Positions 1 to 12,659 of a stretch of 64,000 nucleotides of DNA are shown piece after piece. The notes below the pieces were generated by a model that had not been told where the DNA came from, made no database searches, and saw only the letters and a list, made by a program, of their open reading frames with translations. How positions within the stretch are numbered: the stretch's first letter is position 1; the number at the start of each line of letters is the position of its first letter. A program made the position numbers and the translations under genes. Source of the DNA: Stegostoma tigrinum (lineage: Eukaryota); NCBI RefSeq assembly GCF_030684315.1, contig NC_081387.1, forward strand, positions 26,530,647-26,594,646, written 5' to 3'.

Positions 1-1925
1 TCAAGCATTTAGATGCCTAGCACTTGAACACATTGTGTTCCCACACCCACATTTCTGTCACAGGCCTGATGCAATATTCCAGAAAGGCTCAATGCAAGCT
101 GGGGGGCAAACAACACCTCTTAGGGACCTCACAGCCTTTAGGGTTCTGCACTAAGTTTAACAATGTTGTAGCGAGACTATCCCTTTCCTTGTTTCCAACA
201 ATCCCAGGTGCTGTGATGAAACGGGTTGTTTTCAGCACAGCCAACCCATTTTCAACTACCTGCAGCCCCCACTGTCAGCTATCTAGCTTTTCATCTTCCC
301 TGGCTTATTATCAACAATCCCTTTGTTTGTCTCTCTATTTCCCTTCTTGCTCTCTCTGGGCTCCCTCTCCACCATCTGCTCATTCTTTTTCCCCTCACAA
401 ATGCAACCCCGTCTTCAGCATAAATACCACCTTCTCCATGCTTATTCTAGTTCTGAGGAAGTGGCACTGGATTCAAAATGTTCACTCTGCTTTCTTTCTT
501 CATAGGCACTGCCGGACCTGCTGAGTTTCTCCAGCAATTTCTGTTTTTTGTTTGAGACGATTCTGCTCCCTGGGAAATGTCTGAAGCCAAATCAGGTTCC
601 TTCCTATTTTGGCAAAATGTCCCTGTTTGAGCCTAAGTCAAGCTTCCGACTAAATAGCCAAGGCAGAGTATTTCCACCTTAAACACAATGAATGATCTCC
701 ATCCGCTGCTGAAACCATCAGCCAGGATGATACTAAATCACCAGACTGGACTATTCCAAGGATTTCTTCGCTGAATGCCCATATTCAGCTCTCCATACTC
801 CTATAGCTGTACAAACCTTTGCAGCCCATGCCCTGATTTGCATCATATTTAGATTGCCCATCAGTGCTGTACTTGCTGACTCCTCATCCATTAACAGTTC
901 CATTTAAATTTTCTCACCAAGGTCAAATTTCTCATAACTCCACCAACTCAGTCACTTCCTCCAAATCTGGCCACTCATCTATCACTAATTTTAATCATTC
1001 CACCACTGACAATTGGAAATGTAGCTTCCCAGCCTCTGGTACAGGCCCTGGCATTCCCAGCTCTAACTTCTCAACCTCTGTCTCTTCCTCAAAAGCTCAT
1101 CCTTTGACCAAACATTTGGTTAAATGTTTCCTCCTTTTCATGCCTATCTCTGGCAGGTAACATTCTGATGAAAAGATTTGGGATATTTTAATGGCCGGCA
1201 CACACAATACAAGTACAGGTGGTCATTGTCGCACATGAGAAGGAGCAGAGTCACACTCAGCTAAAGTGCTCCTCCCGCGGGTTTCAAAGGGGGTGAAAGA
1301 TTGTCAGGAATAGGCAAGCACGTGGAATAATTAAATCAGCCATGATCTTATTGAACGAGAGCTGCAGAAAAGTGGCCTACTCCTGCTCCTAATTCATACA
1401 GTCACATCAATAATGGCCAATTGGGCGAGGCACCAGAGCACCAGCCTTACACCTGAGTGGGCAACAAATGAATGGGTCACATGCAGAAAGTGGTGCATTG
1501 CTGCCAGCAATCAATACCTCTCCTCATTAACATTCAATTTTACATGCTCGTCACTGGCAACATTCAGATAACAACTCGAATAAAACCTGACGGAAGTCGG
1601 GAAAACGCCAAAAAAAAATGCCATGGCAGAAGTGAGAGAGACAGAGGCATTCACTCTTCAAGAGGGTTTTAAAAGTGAGCACTGAGGTACTGCAAGGTGG
1701 GAGGGAATTGTGAAAGATTAAAGGCACCGAGTGAGGAATGCCTTGTACACACCAGAGGACATCGGACTTTCCAACTTCTGCACAGGTTTGCTGAGAAAGT
1801 ATTTCAAGGTCAAAAATAAGGAAAGGTTTGGATCAAGTGAGTCAAGTCAAAACTAATTTTCAATGACTGAAGGCTCCATAGCCAAAGGGCAAAGATTTAA
1901 GGTGATGGGTGTGACAGGAGGGGAA

Positions 1926-3539
1926 AAATAGTAGGAACTGCAGATGCTGGAGAATCCAAGATAACAAGGTGTAGAGCTGGATGAACACAGCAGGTCAAGC
2001 AGCATCAGAGGAGCAGGAAAGCTGACGTTTCAGGCCTAGACCCAGAAATGGGGGAGGGCAAGGGGGTTCTGAAATAAATAGGGAGAGAGGGGGAGGCGGA
2101 TTGGAGATGGACAGAGGAGAAGATAGGTGGAGAGGAGACAGACAAGTCAAAGAGGCGGGGATGGAGCCAGTAAAGGTGAGTGTAGGTGGGGAGATAGGTC
2201 AGTCCAGGGAGGATGGACAGGTCAAGAGGGCGGGATGAGGTTAGTAGGCAGGAAATGGGGGTGCGGCTTGAGGTGGGAGGTGGGGTTAGGTGAGAGGAAG
2301 AACAGGTTAGGAAGGCGGGGACAGGCTGGGCTGGTTTTGGGATGCAGTGGGGGGAGGGGAGATTTTGAAGCTTGTGAAGTCCAATTGATACCACAGTGTT
2401 CCCAAGCGGAATATGAGTTCCTGTTCCTGCAACCTTCGGGTGGCATCGTTATGGCACTGCAGGAGGCCCAGGATGGACATGTCGTCTGAGGAATGGGAGG
2501 GGGAGTTAAAATGGTTCGTGACTGGGAGGTGCAGTTGTTTACTGCAAACTGAGTGTGGGTGTTCTGCAAAGTAGTCCCCAAACCTCTGCTTGGTTTCCCC
2601 AATGTAGAGGGAGCCACAACGGGAACAGCAGATGCAGTATATCATATTAGCAGATGTGCAGGTGAACATCTGACTGATGTGGAAAGTCTTCTTGTGGCCT
2701 GGGATGAGGGTGAGGGAAGAGGTGTGGGGGCAAGTGTAGCACTTCCTGCGGTTGTAGGGGAAGGTGCCGGGTGTGGTGTGGTTGGAGGGGAGTGTGGAGC
2801 GGACAAGGGAGTCCCGGAGAGAGTGGTCCCTCCGGAAATCAGACAAGGGAGGGGATGGAAAAATGTCTTTGGTGGTGAGGTTGGATTGTAGATGGTGGAA
2901 GTGTCGGAGGATGATGCGTTGGATCCGGAGGTTGGTGGGGTGGTATGTGAGGATGGGGGGTATTCTTTTTTGGTTGTTATTGCGGGGACGGGGTGTCAGG
3001 GATGAGTTGTGGGAAATGCGGGAAACACGGTCGCGAGCGTTCTCAGCCACTGTGGGGGGTAGTTGCAGTCCTTGAAAAACCAGGACATCTGAGATGTACA
3101 GTAGTGGAATACCTCTTCCTGGGAGCAGATGCAGCGGAGGCAAAGGAATTGGGAATAGGGGATGGCATTCTTGCAGGAAGGTGGGTGGAAGGAGGTGTAT
3201 TCTAGGTAGCTGTGGGAGTTGGTGAGCTTGAAATGGATATCGGTTTCTAGGTGGTTGCCCGAGATGGAGAAAAATTGGTCCAGGAAGGTGAGAGAGGCAT
3301 TAGAGATGGTCCAGGTGAACTTAAGGTTGGGGTGTAAAGTTTTGGCGAAGTGGATGAACTGTTTGAACTCCCCGTGGGAGCATGAGGCGGCCCCGACACA
3401 GTCATCAATGTAACGGAGGAAGAGGTGGGGTTTAGGTCCAGTGCAGGTACGGAAGAGGGATTGTTCCAAGTAACATACAAAGAAGCTGGCATAGCTTGGG
3501 CTCATGGCCACCCGCTTTGTCTGTAGGAAGTGGGAGGAC
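1926..3539 (-). mobile_element. Penelope-like element, 5'-truncated and frameshifted (3' half of RT, GIY-YIG endonuclease, 3' pLTR)
   Basis: ORF 2996..3511 has PLE RT motifs (MSPSYASFF...FLRYIDD); ORF 2307..3143 has the GIY-YIG-type YCICCSRCGSLYIGETKQRFGDYFAEH; the 3' end matches many copies in the window. Confidence 0.85.
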
Positions 3540-3689
3540 TCTCTTTGAGATAATTGTGGTGATAGTTACAACAAATCTTTAAAATGGGCTTAATATTTGA
3601 TGGAGGGAAATATATCCAGGATATAGGAAAAGAGCGAGATCAGTTAGACTGCTCCTCGGAAGGACCAGTACAATTTTTTTGTTTTATTC

Positions 3690-4010
3690 ATTCACAGGAT
3701 GAGGAATATGCTGCTTTAATTACCAAGAGGGCAGTTGAAAGTCAACCACATTTCTGTGGGTCTGGAGTCACATGTTGGCCAGACCTGCTAAGGATGGCAG
3801 TTTCCTTCCCTGAAGAACATTAGTGAACCAGGTGGGATTTTCCGACAATTGACAATGGATTCATGCTCATCATTAGACTCTTAATTCCAGGTATTTATTG
3901 AACAGAAATTCCACCAGCTGCTGTGGCGGGATTCGAATCCAGGTCCCCAGAACGTTATCTGGGTCTCTGGATTAACAGTCTGGCAATAATACCACGAGGC
4001 CATTGCCCCA
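3690..4010 (-). mobile_element. tRNA-derived SINE
   Basis: Minus strand starts with a tRNA-like head (tggcctcgtggt...ggattcgaatcc, A/B-box-like); a related copy lies near 15780-16040. Confidence 0.6.
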
Positions 4011-4148
4011 TTCAATAGTCTGAATGCTCTACTCATGTACTCCACAATCCGGTCATTCTGAATAATCACATACAGATACATAATTTAAGAGTTCAACATA
4101 ACAAAACCGTGTCATATTGCGAGGTTAGAAAAGGGGCACCTGCCTTAC

Positions 4149-4244
4149 CAAGGTGTCCTCCAGCAGACCCTCAAATTTTCTTTTCGCAACGTTTCGCTTT
4201 TCAATCAAGGTTTGCAGTTTGATGACAGATTTCTGAAGTTGTGT
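4149..4244 (-). CDS. TRIM gene, coding exon 3 (96-nt coiled-coil exon, TQLQKSVIKLQTLIEKRNVAKRKFEGLLEDTL)
   Basis: Poly-T tract + CAG acceptor (4245-4246), GTAAGG donor (4147-4148), phase 0-0; 96 nt is the canonical size of the first TRIM coiled-coil exon; later exons presumably lie left of the window. Confidence 0.85.
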
Positions 4245-4379
4245 CTGACGGGGAAAAAAAAAATCAAATCACAGCACACTGAGGCTCTGCAAGAGCAGAA
4301 GATGCAACTGGAATCCAGAATTTGTGTGATTTTATGGCCATAAAACAGAATTTTTAAATTCAGAAATAAGTATATTTAG

Positions 4380-5480
4380 TGTCAAGTTGTCATCCTCGGA
4401 GACCTCAACATTAACTTCAGAGGCCATGAAATGTCATGGTATCAGGTCGCACATAGGCAAGGAGATTTTTTAATGATTACACCCCACCAGCCCTCCCCAG
4501 ATGAGGGATCACCACTTTATGTTAAACACCACTTACAGGAAACACTGAATGTGCTAAGGACACAGAATATACTTGGGTGAGGCTGGGGACACACACATCT
4601 CCCAATGTCCACCACCATGAGTGCTTCAGCAGCAAAACTACTGACTGAGTTGGCCAAGTCCTAAAGGACACAGTTGCAAAACTGAGAGTCTGCAGCAAGT
4701 TGCGACCAACAAGAGGGAGAAAAATGTCCTTGACCTCATCCTCACCAAGGTGCGAGCTGCAGGTGGATCTATAACAGCATTGGGTACATTGACCACTTAC
4801 ACAGTCTTTGTGGAGATGGAGTCGCGTCTTCACACTGTGCGCACCCTCCATCCACTATCACTGTGCTAAACAGGGCCGATTTCAAACAGACCTAGCTGTG
4901 GACCATCAGCAACTGCAGACTTGTATTCTACCACACTCGGTAATCTCGCTACCTGGTATGTGCATAATGGGCCAGATGGGTTCCTTTTGCACCATGTTCT
5001 GGCATATCGCCAACTCCACCATTACCATTGAGCCAAGAGATTAACACTGATTCAATGAAACATATAGCAGGGCATGTCTAAAAACGAGGGGTCGACCTGA
5101 TGAGGTTACAATAGTGTCCTCTGCATGCCAAACAGCTAAAACAGCATTTTCATTTTCATTCACTCATGTTTTTCATTCACTCATGGGAGGTTTTATTTTA
5201 TTTCAAAGAGAATGAAGTATAAAAGTAGGAAGGTTTCACTAAAACCATGCAAAGCACTAGTTGGACCACAGCTGGAATACTGTGAACAGTTCTGGGCCCC
5301 TTAAATAAGGAAAGATGTTGGAAGCAGTCCAGGGAAGGTTCAGTAGCTGATACTAGACATAGAGAGACTACCTTATGAGGAGATGTTGAGTGGCTTTGGC
5401 CTGTATTTATTAAAATAAAGAGGTGACCACGTTGAAACACACAAATTTCTTAGGGGACTTGAAAAGGGAAATGTGGAAAG
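4380..5480 (+). mobile_element. Decayed CR1/L2-clade LINE fragments
   Basis: Remnants of endonuclease (ILGDLNI, LDLILT-like) and CR1 RT C-terminal (ALVGPQLEYCEQFW) sequence. Confidence 0.55.
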
Positions 5481-5823
5481 GTCTACGGCCTTTACCTTTA
5501 GCAACATTGGCTGAGTAAACACCATCCGGGACATTGTAAGGGCTTCTGGTTTTTCCAAAGGACAGCCCCTGCTTGGTGAGGAACTGGGCCATCAGCTTAG
5601 GTCCGGTTAATTAGCTGTACAAGCATCATACCCCTGACTCTGAATGAGACCTCCAGCGGTGCCAATGTGAGATTTGAAACAGAAGGACAGATGCCCGGTG
5701 TGCAACATGTGAGCCATATATGTCGTGGGACACTTGCGTGCCTGGGAAGGGGTGTGTTGGGATGTTGCAATGTCATAAAGGACCTGAAGTTAACCGAGAG
5801 GAGCGTGGTGTCACACTTAGTAC

Positions 5824-6127
5824 CTTGAACTCCTCCGCAGCCTCCTGTACGTTGAGGACATCGTGATGCAAGTGTTTCCTGGAGTCCCGGCAGTCCAGGC
5901 AGATAACTTCGCAGTCTGTCACGCAAAAGCGTTCCATTTTCTTCCGGTGCTCCGGGCAGATGTGCTGGCTGGGCAAGGTCTCCTCCAGCTGGGCACATCC
6001 TTTGCAGACTGTCGCCACGACACTCGAGAGCTTGCGGTTACTCTTCAAAGCACTCGACCCAGAGATATTGGAGCAAACCGAGCACACCAACTGGCCCTGC
6101 TGCTCCCAGTATTTTGAAATGCAATCC
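5824..6127 (-). CDS. TRIM gene, coding exon 2 (second half of RING plus B-box2)
   Basis: Acceptor cctttcttcacAG (6128-6129), donor AAG|GTACT; encodes (R)DCISKYWEQQGQLVCSVC...CPEHRKKMERFCVTDCEVICLDCRDSRKHLHH...AAEEFK; phase matches exon 1 (2) and exon 3 (0). Confidence 0.9.
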
Positions 6128-6179
6128 CTGTGAAGAAAGGATTAGATTATAAATTATTTAGCTGGGAGCTACAAAACAC

Positions 6180-7910
6180 AGGAGTAGAAGTAGGGCCATT
6201 CAGCCCTTCGAATCTGCTCTGTCATTCAATGAGATCATGGCTTCTCAGATGATCCTCAACTCTACTTTCCTACATTTTTCCGCATAACCTTTAAATGCCC
6301 TTACTGAGGAAAATCTGACCACCTCAATCTTGAAAATGCTTAATCGCCCAGCCTCGACAGACCTCTGATCTGTCACCATTCTCAGAGAGAAAAAAAAATT
6401 CCTCCTCATCTGTCTTAAATGTGAGAATCTTATGCCCCCTGGTCCTAGACTCTCCCACAAGGGGGAAAAAAAACCCTGTCCACATCTCTCCTGTCAAGGC
6501 CCCTAAGAATTTTTAATGTTTCAAAGGGGCCACCATTCATTCTTCTATATTCGAAAGACTATAGGCTAAGCCTACTCAACATCCCCTCATAAGGCAGCAG
6601 TTCTTCTCTTCCTGGTATCAGCCTATTGAACCATCTCTGGAATGCCTCCAACACCAGTCTATCCTTCCTTAGATAAGGTCCCAAAACTGTCCACAGTATT
6701 CCAGCTGTAGGTCTGACAATCATGGACCATGATGGACCAATTATGCAGCATGATCTTGATCAGCTGGGTAAGTGGGTCCAGAAATGGCAAATGGAGTGTG
6801 AGGTGTTGCATTTTGGAAAGTCAAATCCAGTTAAGTGTTTCATTGTGAATGGTTGGGCCATAAGGAGTGTAGTGGAACAGATGACCTTGGAGTTCAAGGG
6901 CACGGTTCGCTGAAATTGGAGTCAGGCGTCGATAGGGCAGTGAAGAAGGCTTTTGGCACACTGGCCTTCAGCAGGCAGGGCATTGAGTACAGAAGTTGGG
7001 AAGTTATGTTGCAGCTGTACAGGACATTGGTGAGGCCACACTTTGGAACAGTTTTCAGTTTTAGTCACCTTGCTGTAGGAAAGATGTCATTAAATTGGAA
7101 AGAGAGCAGAAGAAATTTACAAGCATGTTGCTAGGACTCAAGGGTCTGAATTATAGAAAGTGGTTGAAAAAGCTCAGACATTTTTCTTTAGAGTGTAGGA
7201 GCCTGAGGGGCGATCTTATAGAAGCATATAAGATCATGACAGCCATGGATAGGATGAATGCACTCAGTCTTTTTGCTGGGGTTGAAGGATCATGAACTAG
7301 ATGCATTAGTTTAAGGTAAGAGCAGAAAGAATACATGGGAACCTGAGGGACAGCTTTTTTTGGCACAAGAGGATGCTAGGCATATAGAATGAGCTCCAGT
7401 GGAAGTGGGTGAGGTGGGTACATTAACAACATTAAAAGGCATTTGGACAAATACATGGATAGGGAAGGTTTAGAAGGATATGGACCAAGTGCAGGGAAAT
7501 GGGGTTCGTGTGGATGGACATTTTGGTCAGCATGGACCAGTTTGGGCTGAAGGGCCTGTGTCCGTGCTGAGGACCCTGTGACTAGTGCCTTGTGTAGTTT
7601 TAGTTTTTATACCTACTTTTATACTTCATTTGCTTTGAAATTTAAGCCAACACTCTATTTGTCTTCCCAATTAACTGACGAACTTAGTTTTTAGTGATTC
7701 ATGAGAAAGGACTCCCAAATCCCTCTGAAGTAGATTTCTGCAATCTTTCTCCATGTAGACAACATTTAGCTCCTCTACTCTTCCTGCCAAAGTGCGTAAC
7801 CTCATACTTTCCCACATTATATTCTGTCTGCCAAGCATGTGCACTCACTTCACCTGTCTGCATTCCTCCACAGACTCTGTCATCCTCACCATTTGTGTTT
7901 GCACCTATTA
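6180..7910. mobile_element. Nested CR1 LINEs: a - strand copy (6180-6715 and 7581-7910) split by a + strand copy (~6720-7580)
   Basis: CR1 RT peptides (CEVLHFGKSN, LYRTLVRPH, LRGDLIEAYKIM; KYEVTHFGRK on -); the outer copy resumes at tgac|tagtgcc. Confidence 0.75.
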
Positions 7911-8414
7911 CTGGTTTAGACCAGGGCAATCTTTTAGCTTTTACCTTTAGGGGCTTAAGTATATCCAAGGAGCTTAATGAAAGGACAGATTTGCATTCAT
8001 GTAACATACCTCACAACTTGAAATGCAGGACATGCAGCTCAAACGTGTGCAAAATTTTCTAAAAATGACAATCACAATTTCAGTGAGATTGGATTTTGCG
8101 GGATAAAGATTAACCCAGGACACCAGGAAGTACTTTCCTACTCAAATATTGCACCATAGGATGCACACATGAACGCAAAATTGCAGATGGCACTACCCTT
8201 CATTACTGATCTTAAAGATTCTTGGAATTTAAGTTCCACTTAAGTCAATGGTGATGAGCTATCTTCGTGAATCACTGCAGTCATAGGGTGTGGGAACACT
8301 TGCAATGCTGCTAGGGAGGGAGTTTCAGGACTTTGATCCAATGATAATGAAGAAAATTACAGATGCATGGCTCGTAGGTGACGGTGTTTCCATATATCTA
8401 CTGCCTTTTGTGGT

Positions 8415-8645
8415 CGAGGGTTGGTTAGCTCAGTTAGCTAGATGCCGATCCATGATGCAGCGTGAAGCCAACAGCATTGGTTCCATTCCAAAATTGGCTC
8501 AGGTCACCATGAAGGACTGTCCTTCTCAAAACCTTCCTTCACCTGAGGTGTGATGACACTCAGTTTAAACTACCAACTGGTGTCTCTCTCGCTCTAATAA
8601 AAGAGCAGCCCTCTGATTTGGTGAGGCTTTGGTGATTTTAACTTT
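8415..8645 (+). mobile_element. tRNA-derived SINE
   Basis: ttagctcagttagctaga A-box-like head, decayed B box, short repeated tail. Confidence 0.5.
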
Positions 8646-8734
8646 ACTGCTCCTGTTCTTATGGGTGGTTGAGGTCGTGGGTTTGAAAAGTGCTAACAAA
8701 GAACCTTGGCGATTGCTGCAGTATGTTTTACAAA

Positions 8735-9140
8735 CAGTGATAAACACCAACTGGCTACAAAAAGTCATGACCAATACTCACTCATCTCAATCCACACGGA
8801 CAAGGAGAACCACCACTTCAACTGGGACAACACCAAGATCCTGGGACAGGCTCGGCAGAGACAAGCACGGGAATTCCTGGAAGCATGGCACTCCACAAAG
8901 CATGCTAATAAACACATTGAACTCGACCCCATATATATTCCACTGTGGATGAAACCCAGAAGTGACGCAATCCATCTCAACGGATTCCGGAGTTTAAAAA
9001 CAACACTGAAAAACATACCAACAATCGCACTGAGGATGTTACCAAGCACAGTAACGAAATGTCTGCGTAACAAGGAACGAGCTTGGTGAGCCATCCAACC
9101 TCAACACCTACAACCCGGGCTACAGATCTACTCCATAACC
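8735..9140 (+). mobile_element. Penelope (Poseidon-type) 3' fragment
   Basis: HQLATKSHDQYSLISIHTDKENHHFNWDNTKIL...REFLEAWHS, the same family as 13504-14068. Confidence 0.75.
9026..9067 (+). ncRNA. Minimal type I hammerhead ribozyme motif in a Penelope pLTR
   Basis: CGCA-CTGAGGA-T-GTTAC(caagcaca)GTAAC-GAAA-T-GTC-TGCG: catalytic core, 5-bp stem II, GUC triplet, stem I CGCA/TGCG. Confidence 0.7.
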
Positions 9141-10929
9141 TTGGTGATGTGATACAAGGTAACTGCTCTTTGTTTCAGTGGTGGAGAGAGTTAACGTTTA
9201 CGGTGGTGGATTCTGTGCTGGTCAAGCAACCTGGATGTTATCAAGTGTTCTTGGAGCTGTACAAATCCAAGCATTTGGGAAGCATTCCATCACACTCCAG
9301 ACCTCCAGCAGGACAACACTCCCTCAGCCCTGTACTGAACTTGGACTGATTCTTAGCCCACAACCTTAAGCAGCACTACTACGGAGCTTACAATTGTGTA
9401 AGTTAAGTGCAAAGTCTAAACCTTGATTCTCAATGATATGCACATTCATGAGTGGAAATACCAACATGCCGGAGAAATCTACAGGAATTTTAAAGAGATA
9501 AGCTGGTGTTTTGTATCATCTGTCACTACCACTGCACATGCTGAAGACTATGCTGCTAAAGGAGAACTATTTGAAAATTAGTCATTGCTGTAATGTAGGA
9601 AATGCAGCAACCTGTTTTTGCTGAACAAACTTCCAGAAATAGCAATTAGCAGGTTTTTAAAATGTTTTATCAAATAACAAACATTGTTCAGACATAGGGT
9701 AACTGCCATTGCACATCTACCCAAGAAGGTAGGCATGGAAACAGTTTAAAATCTCACCTGTAAAAACCGGTATTCAAAAGGTCAGCACTGCATGGCATCT
9801 GCCTAAATTTTTCTGCTTAAGTTTTTTGACTGAAACTTGAACTTATGCTGAAACATCGGAGGGCTAACAATTAAGCTGTAGTTGATCTCAGTAAAATGAC
9901 ACAACCACATACAAAAATGTCCATTCCAAATTTCCGAGCAAACAGAATTCCTGCAGGGTTAGCAAGAAGAATAAGGACAAATAGTTAACAGCACTGCTGA
10001 GTTTTCATGAGCCAGCTGTGAGGGGTCACACCTGAACCACATCCCACAGTTTAAACACCATAAACATTTAAAAACAAAATCTTAACATGATTCGCCTTGC
10101 AGCAGTTTACTGAATACTAGTGAGATTTTGAGCTGGCTGTGAATGCAGCCTTGCTCACCATTAAAAATTCAAATATTACAACCTTGAAATTTTGAAATAA
10201 AGTCAGTCAGTAATGGAATACAGCACTTACTAGTACTTTTCAGAAAAAAGTGCCTGTCCTCCAATTCAAACACTTCAATATCATTTTTACAATAGATATT
10301 TCTATTATGAACAAACAACATCAGTCCAAGCTTATTTTTAACAAAATAAAATCTAAAGTTTCCATTGTGGGAGTACTGCAAACGCAAGGTAACTGTTTTT
10401 TGGTTACCAACCTAAATTGAGGCAACCCTGCATGATCATCAAGCTAGACACAAGATCCCGTAGTTCTGAAGGATAGCAGGGGAATTCTCCCTGGTGTCTA
10501 TTGAGGCTTGCTGTGTACAACCTGGCAGACACATTTCCCACATTACGACAGTGGCCACAATTCAAAAGGCACAAAATTCAACCTGAAGCACTTTGGAAAG
10601 TACAGAGATTGTGCAAGAAGCTTTCCTATTTTGCAATAACCTGCCAGATACTGTGGTTAATTTCTGGCAATAAACCCATAATGTAAACAAACTATTGTTT
10701 ATCTCAATTTCTGAAAGCGGAATTTGAACTCAGTATCCAGAACTGAATCCAAACTTAGCTTTGCACTTCTCTTCAGTCTGTCATAGGTAAAACAAACCCA
10801 TGCCATGATACATTCTTCATCCACTGAAGCCCTGTAACATTAACCCTGCCAAGTTCAAAAACAGTCCCTCCACCAGCCAGGTGATGGCAAACCCTTCTCC
10901 AAGCCCAATGTCTTGTGCCCCCACCACTC

Positions 10930-11350
10930 CCAGATTAGTATCAGCACTCTGCTTCTTCCAGCCCAGTATCAGCTCCTGCATTACTCACAACCCAGTGGCA
11001 GCAGCCCCCCGCCCTTTCTCCCAACCAGTGCAGTGTCAGCGCCCTCCAGCACTCACAAACCAGTGACAATTCCTGTATAACGCTCAGCCCAATGGCAGCA
11101 CCCCTCCTTTCTCCCACCAGTCCAGTGTCAGCTCCCAGCCTGCTCGCAACTCAGTGACAGTTCCCCACTTCTCCCACCATCACAGTATCAGTTCCCTCCC
11201 ATCACTCCCAACCCAGTGTCAGGTCCTCTCCGCCACTCCCAGCCCTGTCAGCCAGTAAGTTCTCGCCTCTCCCAGGCCAGTGGATCCTCCTCTCTCCCCC
11301 AGCCGTGACATCGCCACCCTAAGCTCTACAGCTCTCCCTCTCCCAGCCAA
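10930..11350. repeat. Degenerate ~30-bp C-rich tandem repeat in TRIM intron 1
   Basis: Recurring units like actcccaacccagtgtcagctcc. Confidence 0.6.
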
Positions 11351-11497
11351 TTATCCTCTCCAGATGAATAATCTCCATCCAATCCTAAAGTCCACCTTTT
11401 CCAAGACCAATGTTCATTCCCCACACCATCCTGCACCATATCTGATCACATTGTGAGGTTTTTAAGGCCCAGATCAGTCACTACAGCAGACGCGCAC

Positions 11498-11604
11498 CTG
11501 CAGAAATAATGCTCGCATTGTAGCTCCACGGGGTCGGTGAAGATCGCCTGACAGAGGGGACAAGTCAAGTCCAAGGCCAGCTGTGACAGACTCTCCGCCG
11601 CCAT
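11498..11604 (-). CDS. TRIM gene, coding exon 1 (first half of C3HC4 RING: MAAESLSQLALDLTCPLCQAIFTDPVELQCEHYFC)
   Basis: ATG at 11604 in strong context (aagATGG), RING CxxC...CxHxxC, donor CAG|GTGCGC; joins exon 2 in frame to complete the RING. Confidence 0.9.
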
Positions 11605-12450
11605 CTTAGATTGAGTCTCCGCCCAGGGAAACGACTGCGGTGGTATCGGCCAATTAGAGAAGAGGACGGGCACAGCGAGTCATTCTCGGCAGTAGCCATT
11701 TGGGAACAATGTTATCCGTAGTCAATCCGCCGGGTGTTAACACCTCCACCAATCGCAGCTTCGATCAGGCTTAGCCGCAGCCAATCATAAATTCGGACTC
11801 CTCCTACGTCACATACAGGATGCATGCATCCACGGCGGGGGACGAATGGGAAAGACGGTAGCGTAGACTCGGACCAATCAGTGTATCGGCTGGATCCACG
11901 GCCGCCACGCAGCTGCACCTGACGTCACAAAGCGTGCGATATGCGGCCAATAGTTAGGAAGGGGCTGACGTGGCATAAGCCAATCGCCAGACTAGCACTG
12001 AGGCCGCCCTCGACGTAACTGGCCAATCATGCCGTCGGACCGACCCCCTAATACCCTCAGGTCTCTCATTAAGGCGGCTACCGCTGTTCACAGGTTTTGG
12101 CCGAGCAGATGCAACGGGTTCAAGATTGCTGAGCGCGCTAGCCTAGTGTGCAAATCTGGTCGCAGTGCCTCTAAGGCCTTCCGCCTACAGCACTGGACCT
12201 CTCTGTTGCGCCATCTCGTGGTGCGTCCGGTGGGCTGCGGCGCTGGTCATAGGAAACACCACATTCACAAAGCGGCGGCGGCCCGGAAACGGCTCCTCTG
12301 CGGGAAGAGGAGGGCTAGCAGGGGGACAGTCCAATGCAAGATAATGGTCCGCAAAAGATTCGTGTGTCGACCTAGATTATCACGACACTCCGTCCGCTGA
12401 GCGACATGACAAACTTGACGTTTCGGCATCTTAGCGCCCACGTTTGCTTT
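11605..12450. promoter_or_regulatory. CpG-island promoter of the TRIM gene with a CCAAT/CRE array
   Basis: CpG-rich in a CpG-poor background; about seven CCAAT boxes from 11650 to 12027, TGACGTCA at 11920-11927, TGACGTGG at 11966-11973. Confidence 0.75.
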
Positions 12451-12659
12451 TGCAATTGATGATAAAGTCAACATGACCAGGAACCTGGCTCAGGGGATTA
12501 ACTAATAGTTAAGCCTTCCCAAATTGGGAAAGTAATATTTCAGCAGCTGAGTGTCTTTGCAAGTTGCACGCGGAACCATTTCTCCATTTTTGCAGTATCT
12601 AAACAGACAAAAGCTGCAAGTAATACAAAAAGGTAGGTTGTTTGGGGGGGCATGTCAAT

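Noticed and set aside
11874-11900. ERSE (CCAAT-N9-CCACG); also ATTGG-acg-CCACG in the HSP70 5' UTRs as ERSE-II
   Set aside because: Spacings are 17 and 3 nt rather than 9 and 1.
12457-12550. Possible box C/D snoRNA (TGATGA...CTGA), by analogy with SNORD48/52 near human HSPA1B
   Set aside because: No tight terminal stem and no recognisable rRNA guide; a snoscan or Rfam search would be needed.
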